Below, one piece after another: positions 18,079-32,000 of a DNA stretch of 32,000 bases. Every line of letters begins with the position of its first letter. Position 1 is the stretch's first letter. The notes beneath the pieces were generated by a model that worked only from the letters and a program-made list of their open reading frames with translations, did not search any database and was not told the DNA's origin. Origin of the DNA: Massilicoli timonensis (lineage in GTDB: Bacteria > Bacillota_I > Bacilli_A > Erysipelotrichales > Erysipelotrichaceae); assembly GCF_900199515.1 (NCBI RefSeq), contig NZ_LT963434.1:933272-965271 (forward strand). Reading direction: 5' to 3'. The position numbers were made by a program, and so were the translations under genes.

Positions 18079-18912
18079 TTACTTAGCATTGCGGCGACGT
18101 ACGATCAGTTTCGTAGAAGCCAGCTTATTCTTACGAGTTTTCACACCCATAGCTTTCTTACCCCAAGGAGTCATCGGTGATTTACGTCCAACCGGTGTAC
18201 GTCCTTCACCACCACCGTGAGGGTGATCGTTCGGGTTCATAACAGAACCGCGCACTGTCGGACGAATTCCTTTCCAGCGGGAACGTCCGGCTTTACCTAA
18301 GTTCACCAAAGAATGATCTTCGTTGCCGACCTGACCAATCGTAGCACGGCAGTTCGCCAGTACCTTGCGCACTTCGCCTGATGCCAAACGAATGGTTACA
18401 TATTTTTCTTCGATACCGAGGATCTGTGCAGACACACCTGCTGAACGAGCCAGCTGTCCGCCTTTTCCCGGTTTTAATTCCACATTGTGAATGAAAGTAC
18501 CTTCCGGCATATCTCTTAATTCCAATGCGTTTCCGACTTTGATGTCAGCACCCTTGCCGGACATCACGCTCATACCTACGCTTAATCCTTTTGGCGCTAA
18601 GATGTAACGTTTTTCTCCATCTGCATAGTGCAGCAGGGCGATGTTAGCCGAGCGGTTCGGATCATATTCGATCGTTGCTACCTTTGCAGGGATACCATCT
18701 TTATTTCTTTTGAAATCGATAATACGGTATGCACGTTTGTGTCCGCCGCCTTGATGACGCGTCGTGATGCGTCCTTTGTTATTACGTCCGCCTTTGCTCT
18801 TCAAAGGGGCCAGCAGCGATTTTTCCGGTTTGCTTGTCGTGATTTCTTCAAACGTCAAGCTCGTCATACCACGGCGACCGTTAGTGGTCGGTTTATATGC
18901 TCTAATTGGCAT
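18079..18912 (-). CDS. rplB: 50S ribosomal protein L2
   Basis: 277 aa, 'RHQGGGHKR', '[16 protein letters not shown]'. Confidence 0.98.
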   Translation of the reverse strand: MPIRAYKPTTNGRRGMTSLTFEEITTSKPEKSLLAPLKSKGGRNNKGRITTRHQGGGHKRAYRIIDFKRNKDGIPAKVATIEYDPNRSANIALLHYADGEKRYILAPKGLSVGMSVMSGKGADIKVGNALELRDMPEGTFIHNVELKPGKGGQLARSAGVSAQILGIEEKYVTIRLASGEVRKVLANCRATIGQVGNEDHSLVNLGKAGRSRWKGIRPTVRGSVMNPNDHPHGGGEGRTPVGRKSPMTPWGKKAMGVKTRKNKLASTKLIVRRRNAK

Positions 18913-18965
18913 GATTTTTCCTCCTTACGCAATATTTAGTCGGGAAATAGCGTTCTTCTTCCCGA

Positions 18966-19262
18966 TTATTCGGCTTCTTCACCGAATAAGTTGATATCCT
19001 GTCCTTCCGCAATCTTTACGATCGCTTTGCGAACAGCCTTTGTCTTACCGACATATTTACCCATTCTCTTTGTTTTCGGCTTCACGTTGATCACGTTTAC
19101 CTGTTCTACTTTCACACCGAAGATTGCTTCTACGGCCTGACGAATCTGAATCTTGTTCGTGCCTTTCGCCACCTCGAATGTTACTTTGTTGTCTGCATCC
19201 ATGTATTTCATGGTTTTTTCAGTGATGATTGGGCGGATGATAATATCTCTGTAATTATTCAT
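18966..19262 (-). CDS. rplW: 50S ribosomal protein L23
   Basis: 98 aa, '[10 protein letters not shown]'. Overlaps the rplD stop by 8 nt. Confidence 0.96.
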   Translation of the reverse strand: MNNYRDIIIRPIITEKTMKYMDADNKVTFEVAKGTNKIQIRQAVEAIFGVKVEQVNVINVKPKTKRMGKYVGKTKAVRKAIVKIAEGQDINLFGEEAE

Positions 19263-19890
19263 TTCCTAACGCCTCCTCAACTGTTTTTAACGCTGCTTCC
19301 GTAAACACGATCTGATTTGCATTCACAATATCATACACGTTGATTCCATCAGCAGTCAGCATCATCATGCTTGGGATGTTGCGCATTGACAAATACGCGT
19401 TTTCATAATCTTCTTCACCGTCAACGACAAACAAGGTCTTTTTCGGTGCTTTGATCGCATCGATGATCTTAACAAATTCTTTTGTTTTCGGCGCTTCCAG
19501 TTTGAAAGCGTCAACAACGCTCATCGCGTTTTCCAGCACTTTTTCACTCAGAACTGACTTCAGTGCCAAGCGACGCACTTTTTTGTTTAAGCGGTAAGCA
19601 TAGCTTCTAGGCGTAGGGCCGAACACCGTTCCACCACCGCGCCACTGTGTTGCACGGATAGAACCCTGACGAGCACGTCCGGTGCCTTTCTGACGCCAAG
19701 GCTTGCGTCCACCGCCGCTTACTTCGCTGCGCCCTTTTGTATCATGCGTTCCCTGACGCATGCTTGCGCGCTGCATCACGATCGCATCAAAGATACACTG
19801 CTGATTTGGCTCGATGCCAAATACAGATTCGCAAAGAGTTACTTCATGAAGCTCTTTGCCTTCCTGGTTCAATACTACCAACTTAGGCAT
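19255..19890 (-). CDS. rplD: 50S ribosomal protein L4
   Basis: 211 aa, '[29 protein letters not shown]'. Confidence 0.98.
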   Translation of the reverse strand: MPKLVVLNQEGKELHEVTLCESVFGIEPNQQCIFDAIVMQRASMRQGTHDTKGRSEVSGGGRKPWRQKGTGRARQGSIRATQWRGGGTVFGPTPRSYAYRLNKKVRRLALKSVLSEKVLENAMSVVDAFKLEAPKTKEFVKIIDAIKAPKKTLFVVDGEEDYENAYLSMRNIPSMMMLTADGINVYDIVNANQIVFTEAALKTVEEALGNE

Positions 19891-19893
19891 CTT

Positions 19894-20583
19894 TTATTCC
19901 TCCTCTGTACTTGTGTAATCCACCAAAGCAACTGCCGGTTTATTTCCTTTAGATGTCTTTGCGGATTTAACCATAACCATACCGCGTTTTGGTCCCGGTA
20001 CGTTTCCTTTGATCAGCAGATAGTTGTTTTCCACATCCACCTTGATGATCGTCAAATTCTGGTTTGTTGTTGTTTTGTGTCCTTCATGACCCGGCATAAC
20101 CGTTCCTTTGGCGATCTTACCTGCACGAGAGGTAATACCCAAAGTAGCCAATGAACCGACATGTCTGTGATGTCCTGAACCGTGCGCTGCCGGACCTAAG
20201 TGTCCATTGCCGCGATAGATCTGGCCCATAAAGCCTTTTCCCTTGCTTGTTCCGGTTACATCGACAACATCACCGGCTGCGAAGATGTCTACCTTCACTT
20301 CCGCGCCGACTTCATACTGCATCATTTCTGCAGAACGAATTTCTCTGGCAAAGCGCTTTGGTGCAGTATTGGCCTTAGCCGCATGCTTCAGCGCCGCTTT
20401 CGTCGCGCGTCTTTCTTTTACGTCCTCAAAGCCCAGCTGTACGGCTTCGTATCCGTCATTTTCCATTGTTTTTTTCTGTAACACAATGTTTGGTGTTGCT
20501 TCTACCACAGTTACCGGGATCAACGTACCGTCTTCTGTGAATACCTGCGTCATACCCAGTTTGCGTCCTAAGATTCCTTTCAT
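19894..20583 (-). CDS. rplC: 50S ribosomal protein L3
   Basis: Start moved to ATG 20583 ([15 protein letters not shown]), with GGAGGTG 6 nt upstream. 229 aa. Confidence 0.96.
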   Translation of the reverse strand: MKGILGRKLGMTQVFTEDGTLIPVTVVEATPNIVLQKKTMENDGYEAVQLGFEDVKERRATKAALKHAAKANTAPKRFAREIRSAEMMQYEVGAEVKVDIFAAGDVVDVTGTSKGKGFMGQIYRGNGHLGPAAHGSGHHRHVGSLATLGITSRAGKIAKGTVMPGHEGHKTTTNQNLTIIKVDVENNYLLIKGNVPGPKRGMVMVKSAKTSKGNKPAVALVDYTSTEEE

Positions 20584-20600
20584 GATGTTCACCTCCACCA

Positions 20601-20912
20601 TTACAGCTTGATTTCGATGTCAACACCGCTTGGCAGTTCTAAACGGCTCAAAGAGTCGATAGTTTCTGCTGTCGGTCCGACGATCTCAATCAAACGCTTG
20701 TGAGTTCTGATTTCAAACTGTTCACGAGAGTCTTTGTATTTGTGTACCGCTCTTAAGATTGTAACAACCTGTTTTTCCGTTGGAAGAGGTACCGGTCCAA
20801 CGATCTTTTTGGCACCGTGAGCTTGTGCCGCCTGCACGATCTTTTCTGCAGATGCATCTAAGATTCTGTGCTCGTAAGCTTTAAGACGAATTCTTACGCT
20901 GTTTTTTGCCAT
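20601..20912 (-). CDS. rpsJ: 30S ribosomal protein S10
   Basis: Start moved to ATG 20912 ([19 protein letters not shown]), with AAGGAG 8 nt upstream. 103 aa. Confidence 0.96.
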   Translation of the reverse strand: MAKNSVRIRLKAYEHRILDASAEKIVQAAQAHGAKKIVGPVPLPTEKQVVTILRAVHKYKDSREQFEIRTHKRLIEIVGPTAETIDSLSRLELPSGVDIEIKL

Positions 20913-21031
20913 GAATAATACTCCTTTCGTCAATATCATGATTGACTCGCTCGATGCGAATTCCCCGATACACCGTTATCCATGACAACGCTTGTCGGTG
21001 TGTCGGCAACCTCGCACGTCCGTGCGGTCGT
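20913..21031 (-). promoter_or_regulatory. Structured ~118-nt 5' leader of the S10 operon
   Basis: GC-rich relative to its flanks. Hairpin CGCAC-n4-GTGCG (21013-21026). A stem pairing 10 of 11 positions, 20965-20975 with 20996-21006, encloses ACAA-cgc-TTGT (20985-20995). Confidence 0.45.
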
Positions 21032-21037
21032 AACGAT

Positions 21038-21066
21038 ATTATAGCAATACTCCTAACTGAATGCAA
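21038..21066 (-). promoter_or_regulatory. Sigma-A promoter of the S10-spc-alpha cluster
   Basis: Minus strand: TTGCAT (21066-21061), 17 nt, TATAAT (21043-21038). A-tracts just upstream (AAAAAAGTAAAAAAAG) look like an UP element. Confidence 0.75.
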
Positions 21067-21317
21067 GCACTTTTTTTACTTTTTTAATTCAGTGATCTGC
21101 AGTGAGAAAGCGACCAGTTTATCACGCATATTTCCACTCTTGCATTCCCTGATCCATATCCTTTCTCCCATTGATGTCCACCACTTTTTCGCAATCTCCG
21201 TCATTATTACAGTTATGGAATATTTTGCTTTTTCTATGCTTATTTTTATAATCCTCATGTATAAAGCACCCGCATCTCTACAATATTTTCGCTCTGTTTT
21301 TCTATGTCCGCATGCAC

Positions 21318-21368
21318 AAAAAAAGGATCTTGGCACAACGCATGATGATTGCCATTGATCCTTTTTTT
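21318..21368 (-). terminator. Terminator after the EamA permease gene (A7-stem-T7, potentially bidirectional)
   Basis: AAAAAAA-GGATCttGGC...GCCattGATCC-TTTTTTT, 37 nt downstream of the permease stop. Confidence 0.55.
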
Positions 21369-21404
21369 CATCATCATTCATCTAAATATGAGAAAACCTG
21401 CTCC

Positions 21405-22370
21405 TTATTCCATATTAGATAAACTGCTATACTTGTTTGAAATACCATCCGATTCTTTGACGCTTTTTCGCTGCGGCAGCTGTGCGATCACGATCGCCAC
21501 AAACATCAGCAGACATCCGATCATTTCCTTTGTGCTTAATACTTCATGCAGAAAGATCCAGCCGGCTATTACCGAAATACAGGATTCTAAGCTCAAGATC
21601 AGCGCCGCAACTGTTGGATTCATATCCTTCTGCCCGACAATCTGCAGCGTATATGCAACTCCACACGACATGATCCCCGCATAAAAAAGCGGAAACGCCG
21701 CCGCAAGCAGCGCCTCTATATCACTGCTTTCAAATAAGAAAGCCGCGATCAAAGTCAATATGCCGCAAATCATAAACTGCATCCAGGAAAGTAATACACC
21801 ATCGACGCGCGACGCAAAGTGATCGATCGCCAATATATGCAAAGAAAACAAAATCGCACTTAGAAACACCAATAGATCACCCAGCGCAAACGTAACCTGT
21901 TCACCCATGCAAAGCAAATATAAACCGCTCATTGCGATGGCGACGGCCATCCAGATCCTAAGTTTGACTTTTTTCTTCATAAAAAGCCCGAGCAAGGGCA
22001 CGATCACAATATAGCTGGAGGTAATGAAACCGGCTTTCCCCACCGTTGTATATTTTACTCCATATGCCTGCAAATTGGAAGCAAACGTAAAAAGCAGACC
22101 ACAGATCATTCCTCCAAATAACGCACTATGACGCAGCGAAGGATAATGAAGCTGTGAAGCAAGCGCCTGCTTTCGCTGTGGAAAGAGGTGATTGAGCAGC
22201 GCCATGCAAGGAAGCAGGAACAAGCCGCCGATCAAGCATCGTACCGCATTAAAAGTCAGCGGTTCTACTCGTTCCATTCCCACGCTCTGCGCCACAAAGG
22301 CAGTTCCCCAGATGGTCGCAGTCAAAAATAATATAAATGAGTTTCGTATTTGTTTTTCCACTTCTATCAC
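21405..22370 (-). CDS. EamA/DMT-superfamily permease
   Basis: 321 aa, about 10 hydrophobic helices. 'TATIWGTAFVAQ' resembles an EamA repeat start. Start uncertain: GTG 22370 has a poor SD, and GTG 22361 is preceded by AGGTGA. Confidence 0.75.
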   Translation of the reverse strand: MIEVEKQIRNSFILFLTATIWGTAFVAQSVGMERVEPLTFNAVRCLIGGLFLLPCMALLNHLFPQRKQALASQLHYPSLRHSALFGGMICGLLFTFASNLQAYGVKYTTVGKAGFITSSYIVIVPLLGLFMKKKVKLRIWMAVAIAMSGLYLLCMGEQVTFALGDLLVFLSAILFSLHILAIDHFASRVDGVLLSWMQFMICGILTLIAAFLFESSDIEALLAAAFPLFYAGIMSCGVAYTLQIVGQKDMNPTVAALILSLESCISVIAGWIFLHEVLSTKEMIGCLLMFVAIVIAQLPQRKSVKESDGISNKYSSLSNME

Positions 22371-22456
22371 CTATCTTTTGCGCATAGAAGTGTATCATCT
22401 TTCACGTCGAATGTAAATACAGGAAGTCTCAGCCTTTCCATTTTGTCTTTTCAAAT

Positions 22457-22486
22457 CAAAAAGAGGATTTCCTTAGGAAACCCTCT
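22457..22486 (-). terminator. Rho-independent terminator of the str operon (after tuf)
   Basis: Minus strand: AGAGGGTTTCC-taa-GGAAATCCTCT followed by TTTTTG. Confidence 0.85.
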
Positions 22487-22514
22487 ATCTTCTGATTTGT
22501 TGAAAAACTAAAAA

Positions 22515-23699
22515 CTATTCAACGATTTCAGTTACGTTACCGGCACCGACAGTACGTCCACCTTCACGGATAGAGAACTTTGTACCGTTTTCGATTGCGA
22601 TTGGCGCGATCAATTCAACGTTCATTTCTACGTTATCGCCCGGCATAACCATTTCAGTACCTTCCGGCAATGTGATTACACCAGTTACGTCAGTTGTACG
22701 GAAGTAGAACTGAGGACGGTAGTTAGAAACGAATGGAGTATGACGTCCACCTTCTTCTTTGCTCAGTACATATACCTGTGCTTTGAAAGTTGTATGTGGA
22801 TGAACAGTACCCGGTTTTACCAAAACCTGTCCACGCTGAATTTCATCACGGTTTACACCACGAAGCAGTGCACCGATGTTATCGCCGGCTTCCGCAAATT
22901 CCAACTGTTTACGGAACATTTCCAGACCGGTAATAACCGTTTTACGAGTATCATGGATACCAACGATTTCAACTTCTTCACCCAGTTTTACGATACCGCG
23001 TTCAACACGTCCGGTTGCAACCGTACCACGACCAGTGATTGTCATAACGTCTTCCACAGACATCAGGAACGGTTTATCTGTTTCACGAACCGGATCAGGG
23101 ATGTAGCTGTCAACAGCATCCATCAGTTCGTCGATCGCACCGATCCATTTTGCTTCGCCGTTCAGTGCACCTAATGCAGAACCACGGATGATCGGAGCGT
23201 TATCGCCGTCAAATCCGTATTCGTTCAGCAGTTCGCGAACTTCCATTTCAACCAGGTCGATCAATTCTTCATCGTCAACCATATCGCACTTGTTCAGGAA
23301 TACAACGATGTAAGGAACACCTACCTGACGAGCCAATAAGATGTGTTCACGAGTCTGAGGCATAGGACCATCAGAAGCCGCAACTACCAGGATCGCACCA
23401 TCCATCTGTGCAGCACCGGTGATCATGTTCTTTACATAGTCGGCATGACCCGGGCAGTCCACGTGTGCATAGTGACGTGTTGCAGTCTGATATTCTACGT
23501 GTGCCGTGTTGATCGTGATACCACGTTCTTTTTCTTCAGGAGCACCGTCGATCTGATCGTAAGCCTGTGCTTCAGCCTGTCCTTTAGAAGCAAGTACGTT
23601 AGTGATTGCCGCAGTTAAAGTTGTTTTACCGTGGTCAACGTGACCGATCGTACCAATATTAACATGCGTTTTACTTCTGTCAAATTTTTCTTTAGCCAT
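22515..23699 (-). CDS. tuf: Elongation factor Tu
   Basis: 394 aa, '[15 protein letters not shown]', 'DCPGHADY', 'NKCD'. Confidence 0.99.
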   Translation of the reverse strand: MAKEKFDRSKTHVNIGTIGHVDHGKTTLTAAITNVLASKGQAEAQAYDQIDGAPEEKERGITINTAHVEYQTATRHYAHVDCPGHADYVKNMITGAAQMDGAILVVAASDGPMPQTREHILLARQVGVPYIVVFLNKCDMVDDEELIDLVEMEVRELLNEYGFDGDNAPIIRGSALGALNGEAKWIGAIDELMDAVDSYIPDPVRETDKPFLMSVEDVMTITGRGTVATGRVERGIVKLGEEVEIVGIHDTRKTVITGLEMFRKQLEFAEAGDNIGALLRGVNRDEIQRGQVLVKPGTVHPHTTFKAQVYVLSKEEGGRHTPFVSNYRPQFYFRTTDVTGVITLPEGTEMVMPGDNVEMNVELIAPIAIENGTKFSIREGGRTVGAGNVTEIVE

Positions 23700-23768
23700 T
23701 GTTAAATATCCTCCTATATTTATACGATACTATTTTAATTCAAGTATGCGCTAAAAGCAACCTCTAAA

Positions 23769-25847
23769 TTAATTTTCTGATGCGTTTTCTTTGATAATCT
23801 TTTCCGCGATGCTCTTAGGCACTTCGGAATAATGATCAAACTTCATCGAGTAATTTCCACGTCCCTGTGTGAATGAACGCAGATCGGTTACATAGCCGAA
23901 CATTTCTGATAACGGAATCATCGCACGAACGATAATTGCCGTACCGCGTTCTTCCTGATCCGTGATCTGACCGCGACGGGAGCTTACATCACCCATAACG
24001 GAACCAAGGTATTCACTTGGTGCTGTTACTTCTACTTCCATGATCGGTTCCAAAATAACCGGCTTACATTTTTTCGCAGCTTCTTTCAAAGCCATGGAAG
24101 CGGCAATCTTATAAGCCATTTCTGAGGAATCGACATCATGGTAAGAACCATCGAATAAAGTCGCTTTGATGTCAATGACCGGATAACCCGCAAGCATACC
24201 GTGCTCTAAAGCAGCCTCTAAGCCTTCGCCTGTCGGTTTGATGTATTCGCGCGGTACGCTTCCGCCGACCGTCGCATCGACAAACTCGAAGCCTTTTCCT
24301 TCTTCCTGCGGTTCAAAACGGATCCATACATGACCATACTGACCGCGGCCACCTGACTGCTTGATGTATTTTCCTTCACATTCAGCGCTCTGACGAATCG
24401 TTTCACGATAAGCAACCTGAGGTGCACCGACATTTGCTTCAACCTTGAACTCACGGCGCAAACGGTCCACGATGATATCCAAATGAAGCTCTCCGACACC
24501 GGCGATGATCGTCTGACCGGTTTCTTTATCGGTATAAGTCTTGAAGGTTGGATCTTCTTCAGCAAGTTTTGACAGCGCAAGACCCATCTTGTCCTGATCC
24601 GCCTTCGTTTTCGGTTCTAGTGACATACGGATAACCGGTTCCGGGAATACCATGGATTCCAGGATGATGTGGCTGTCTTCTGCACACAGTGTATCACCGG
24701 TAGTCGTATCTTTTAAGCCGACAGCTGCCGCGATGTCTCCGCTGTAAACCGTATCGATTTCCTTGCGGGCATTGGCGTGCATCTGTACGATACGACCGAA
24801 ACGTTCTCTTTTCCCCTTCGTCGCATTTAATACATAGCTTCCTGATTTAGCCGTACCGGAATAAACGCGGAAGAACGCCAGTTTTCCAACGAATGGGTCA
24901 GTCATGATCTTGAAAGCCAGTGCCGCAAACGGTTCTTCATCGCTTGCATGACGTTCTACTTCCGTACCATCTTCTGTCGTACCTTTGATTGCCGGTACAT
25001 CTAATGGTGATGGCAGATAATCAATGACTGCGTCCAGCATTAACTGAACACCTTTGTTTTTGTATGCAGATCCACATAATACCGGGAAGAAATCACCTTT
25101 ACATACGGCAATACGCAGTACACGCTTGATTTCTTCAACAGAAGGTTCTTCCCCTTCCAATACTAGCATCATAAAATCTTCATCATAGTCTGCCAGATAT
25201 TCCAGCAGTTTGCCGCGGTATTCCTCACAGATCGCTACCAGATCTTCAGGAATGGCGATCTCTTCGATATCCGTGCCTAAGTCGTTCTTGTATAAGAATG
25301 CCTTGCGTTCGATGATATCGCAGATTCCACGGAAATCAGATTCAGCGCCGATCGGCATCTGAATCGGACAAGATTTTGCGCCTAAACGATCAATGATCGT
25401 ATTGCATGACATAATGAAGTCCGCACCGGTCGCATCCATCTTATTACAGAATACGATACGGGGAACGCCATATGTCGTAGCCTGACGCCAAACTGTTTCG
25501 GTCTGCGGTTCTACCCCTGCTTTTGAGTCAAGAACCGTAACCGCACCATCCAATACACGCAAAGAACGTTCTACTTCGACCGTGAAGTCTACGTGTCCCG
25601 GTGTATCGATGATATTGACGCGATGTCCCTTCCAGTGTGCAGTCGTAGCTGCGGAAGTAATGGTAATACCGCGTTCCTGTTCCTGTGCCATCCAGTCCAT
25701 CGTGGAAGCGCCGTCATGCGTTTCACCGATCTTATGGTTGACACCGGTATAATACAGGATACGTTCGGTAGTTGTTGTCTTACCGGCATCAATGTGAGCC
25801 ATGATACCAATGTTACGTGTTTTTTCTAATGAAAATTCGCGTGCCAT
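23769..25847 (-). CDS. fusA: Elongation factor G
   Basis: 692 aa, '[15 protein letters not shown]', 'DTPGHVDF'. Confidence 0.99.
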   Translation of the reverse strand: MAREFSLEKTRNIGIMAHIDAGKTTTTERILYYTGVNHKIGETHDGASTMDWMAQEQERGITITSAATTAHWKGHRVNIIDTPGHVDFTVEVERSLRVLDGAVTVLDSKAGVEPQTETVWRQATTYGVPRIVFCNKMDATGADFIMSCNTIIDRLGAKSCPIQMPIGAESDFRGICDIIERKAFLYKNDLGTDIEEIAIPEDLVAICEEYRGKLLEYLADYDEDFMMLVLEGEEPSVEEIKRVLRIAVCKGDFFPVLCGSAYKNKGVQLMLDAVIDYLPSPLDVPAIKGTTEDGTEVERHASDEEPFAALAFKIMTDPFVGKLAFFRVYSGTAKSGSYVLNATKGKRERFGRIVQMHANARKEIDTVYSGDIAAAVGLKDTTTGDTLCAEDSHIILESMVFPEPVIRMSLEPKTKADQDKMGLALSKLAEEDPTFKTYTDKETGQTIIAGVGELHLDIIVDRLRREFKVEANVGAPQVAYRETIRQSAECEGKYIKQSGGRGQYGHVWIRFEPQEEGKGFEFVDATVGGSVPREYIKPTGEGLEAALEHGMLAGYPVIDIKATLFDGSYHDVDSSEMAYKIAASMALKEAAKKCKPVILEPIMEVEVTAPSEYLGSVMGDVSSRRGQITDQEERGTAIIVRAMIPLSEMFGYVTDLRSFTQGRGNYSMKFDHYSEVPKSIAEKIIKENASEN

Positions 25848-25861
25848 AGTTGACTCCTTTC

Positions 25862-26332
25862 CTACCAGCGATAGTGGGCAAATGCTTTGTTTGCTTCTGC
25901 CATCTTATGCGTATCTTCACGCTTCTTAACGGAAGCGCCGGAACCGTTTGCCGCATCTAAAATCTCTGCAGCTAATCTCTGTTCCATCGTTTTCTCATTT
26001 CTTAAACGAGCATAGTTTACGATCCAGCGAAGTCCTAATGTCAAACGGCGTTCCTGTGAAACTTCAACCGGCACCTGGTAGTTTGCACCACCGACACGGC
26101 GTACTTTCAGTTCCAGAACCGGCATAACGTTTTCCATTGCCTGTTCAAATACTTCCATTGGATTGCGTTCTGTTTTTACTTCAATAATATCAAATGCGTT
26201 GTACAGAATAGTCTGTGCTACACCTCTTTTTCCATCAATCATGATTTTGTTGATCAAACGAGTAACCAACTTGGAGTTGTAGATCGGATCTACCAGTACA
26301 TCACGTTTCGCGATATGTCCTTTTCTTGGCAT
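25862..26332 (-). CDS. rpsG: 30S ribosomal protein S7
   Basis: 156 aa, '[29 protein letters not shown]'. Confidence 0.98.
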   Translation of the reverse strand: MPRKGHIAKRDVLVDPIYNSKLVTRLINKIMIDGKRGVAQTILYNAFDIIEVKTERNPMEVFEQAMENVMPVLELKVRRVGGANYQVPVEVSQERRLTLGLRWIVNYARLRNEKTMEQRLAAEILDAANGSGASVKKREDTHKMAEANKAFAHYRW

Positions 26333-26359
26333 CTTAATTTCCTCCTTTCATCACTGATG

Positions 26360-26782
26360 TTATTTCTTAGCAGCTTTTGGCTTTTTCGCACCGTATAAAG
26401 AACGGCTCTGGTTACGATTTGCCACACCTGCGCAGTCCAGTGTACCACGGATAATGTGGTAACGAACACCTGGCAAGTCTTTTACACGTCCACCACGGAT
26501 CAAAACAACTGAGTGTTCCTGCAAGTTGTGTCCGATTCCTGGGATGTATGCTGTTACTTCCATTCCGTTTGATAAACGAACACGGGCATACTTACGAAGC
26601 GCAGAGTTTGGTTTTTTCGGTGTCATCGTACCGACACGGGTACATACTCCACGTTTCTGCGGAGCGCTCAAGTTAGTAGGGCGGCGCTTTAATGAGTTGT
26701 AACCTCTATTCAAAGCAGGTGATTTAGAAACCCACACTTTACTTTCACGACCTTTACGAATTAACTGGTTAATTGTTGGCAT
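26360..26782 (-). CDS. rpsL: 30S ribosomal protein S12
   Basis: 140 aa, '[12 protein letters not shown]', '[11 protein letters not shown]', '[14 protein letters not shown]'. Confidence 0.98.
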   Translation of the reverse strand: MPTINQLIRKGRESKVWVSKSPALNRGYNSLKRRPTNLSAPQKRGVCTRVGTMTPKKPNSALRKYARVRLSNGMEVTAYIPGIGHNLQEHSVVLIRGGRVKDLPGVRYHIIRGTLDCAGVANRNQSRSLYGAKKPKAAKK

Positions 26783-26890
26783 GTTATCCTCCTTTCAAGC
26801 AATCATTTCTAACACACATTTCCGGGTGTGTCATTTCTAGCTCTAATTTTTGATCCCATTCACGGGGACCATTTTTTCACTAGCTTACAA

Positions 26891-26919
26891 ATAATAACAC
26901 CGGAAGGATGTACTGTCAA
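26891..26919 (-). promoter_or_regulatory. Sigma-A promoter of the str operon
   Basis: Minus strand: TTGACA (26919-26914), 17 nt, TATTAT (26896-26891). An AT-rich UP-like tract lies upstream. The leader to rpsL is about 100 nt. Confidence 0.7.
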
Positions 26920-27041
26920 TCATTAAATTAAAAAATAATGAAAATAATGTTGCACTAAAATTTCTCCCTGATCAAAAGAAAACAATAAAAAGCAAGCACG
27001 ATTCTTCTTAGAGGAAGAGAAGGTATTTGCTGTCTGACCAT

Positions 27042-27063
27042 AAAAAAAGCCTCGTTTAGAGGC
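27042..27063 (-). terminator. rRNA operon terminator
   Basis: Minus strand: GCCTC-taaac-GAGGC followed by TTTTTTT, immediately after the 5S 3' end. Confidence 0.8.
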
Positions 27064-27069
27064 AAGAAG

Positions 27070-27183
27070 GACCGGCGAAGTGCTATCTTGACTGAGGCAA
27101 GCCCAGCTATTGTCGCCGCTGAAGTGCTTAACTTCTGTGTTCGGGATGGGAACAGGTGTGTCCACTCCGCTATCATCACCGGA
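27070..27183 (-). rRNA. rrf: 5S ribosomal RNA
   Basis: The reverse complement reads TCCGGTGATGATAGCGGAGTGGACACACCTGTTCCCATCCCGAACACAGAAGTTAAGCACTTCAGCGGCGA...CTTCGCCGG, collinear with B. subtilis 5S. Ends are accurate to about +/-3 nt. Confidence 0.93.
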
Positions 27184-27246
27184 TCCTTTGAAAGGTTCGA
27201 CCTTTCAAAACTGAATATCAGATTCCTTACATGCCTTCCCTGCTTG

Positions 27247-30144
<2,898 letters not shown>

Positions 30145-30374
30145 ACTTCATGCTTTCCGCATGTTCGTGCTTTCGCTTCTTCTTGCTTCAGTGAACGGTT
30201 TAACTATTTTTTCTCTTAACTGCTTTTCCTCAGTTCCTTAGTTTTTCCGTTTCTTTTCAGAAAGATCATGTATGTCTTCTGTTTATTCAGTTTTCAAAGA
30301 TCGAGTTCCCTTGGGTCGCCTCTCGGCCTCCCAAAACTAAACAGGAATCCGTCCTCTTACACTCTTTCTCCTTA

Positions 30375-31910
<1,536 letters not shown>

Positions 31911-32000
31911 ATTTAGCTCTTACGCTTTCTAGCGTCTCTTTCCTTTTTCTTGAATCATTTCGATTCGGGTTTGAATTGACGTTTTCCTGTTTAGTTTTCA

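Noticed and set aside
8474-20939. N-terminally extended starts in the track for rpsM, rplX, rpsC, rplC, rpsJ and, outside this range, the HMA protein at 4259-4522
   Set aside because: In each case a canonical SD sits 6-10 nt upstream of an internal ATG or GTG, and that start gives the conserved family N-terminus. The extended versions begin inside or upstream of the SD.
21076-21381. 101-aa minus-strand ORF (MNDDEKKDQWQSSCVV...) and the 138-aa plus-strand ORF 20942-21358
   Set aside because: Neither has an SD. The minus-strand ORF reads through the permease terminator hairpin. The plus-strand ORF runs antisense through the S10 promoter and leader. Both have implausible composition.
2185-25829. 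Numerous antisense or off-frame ORFs inside the ATPase, r-protein, tuf and fusA genes (e.g. 2918-3454, 12647-13015, 19744-20154, 22740-23174, 24218-24580)
   Set aside because: Each overlaps a strongly supported conserved CDS, with no SD and low-complexity composition.
26923-27179. Two overlapping minus-strand ORFs (80 and 74 aa)
   Set aside because: They run through the 5S rRNA gene, the rrn terminator and the UP region of the rpsL promoter. No SD is present.

Overview
The window looks like a low-GC Bacillota chromosome. By eye the 16S is Erysipelotrichia-like ('AGTAGGGAATTTTCGTCAATGGGGG', 'GTCAAACCATGGGAGTTGG'), but this is an inference and needs a database search. About 80% is core translation machinery, all on the minus strand. 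In order of transcription:
- a complete rRNA operon, 16S-23S-5S (31910 down to 27070), with no tRNA in the spacer
- the str operon, rpsL-rpsG-fusA-tuf
- one EamA/DMT permease gene
- an uninterrupted S10-spc-alpha cluster, rpsJ to rplQ (20912 down to 6682). rpmJ (<60 aa) is missing from the ORF track, and no rpmD is present.

The accessory part is the left 6.7 kb:
- a partial DUF885-type lipoprotein gene
- a signal-less Amidase_3 gene
- a Cd/Zn-type efflux cassette: stand-alone HMA protein, CPC P1B-ATPase and CadC/SmtB-type repressor, with a perfect 9-2-9 operator
- the most unusual item, a 584-aa ORF. It fuses a six-helix YhhQ/VUT-like membrane domain in frame to a complete tRNA-guanine transglycosylase (TGT) domain. 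The substrate-pocket motifs of that domain differ from canonical preQ1-type TGT, and the gene appears to be expressed as a leaderless mRNA.

No CRISPR array, IS element, integrase or phage gene was seen. All domain and family calls come from reading motifs by eye. No searches were run.
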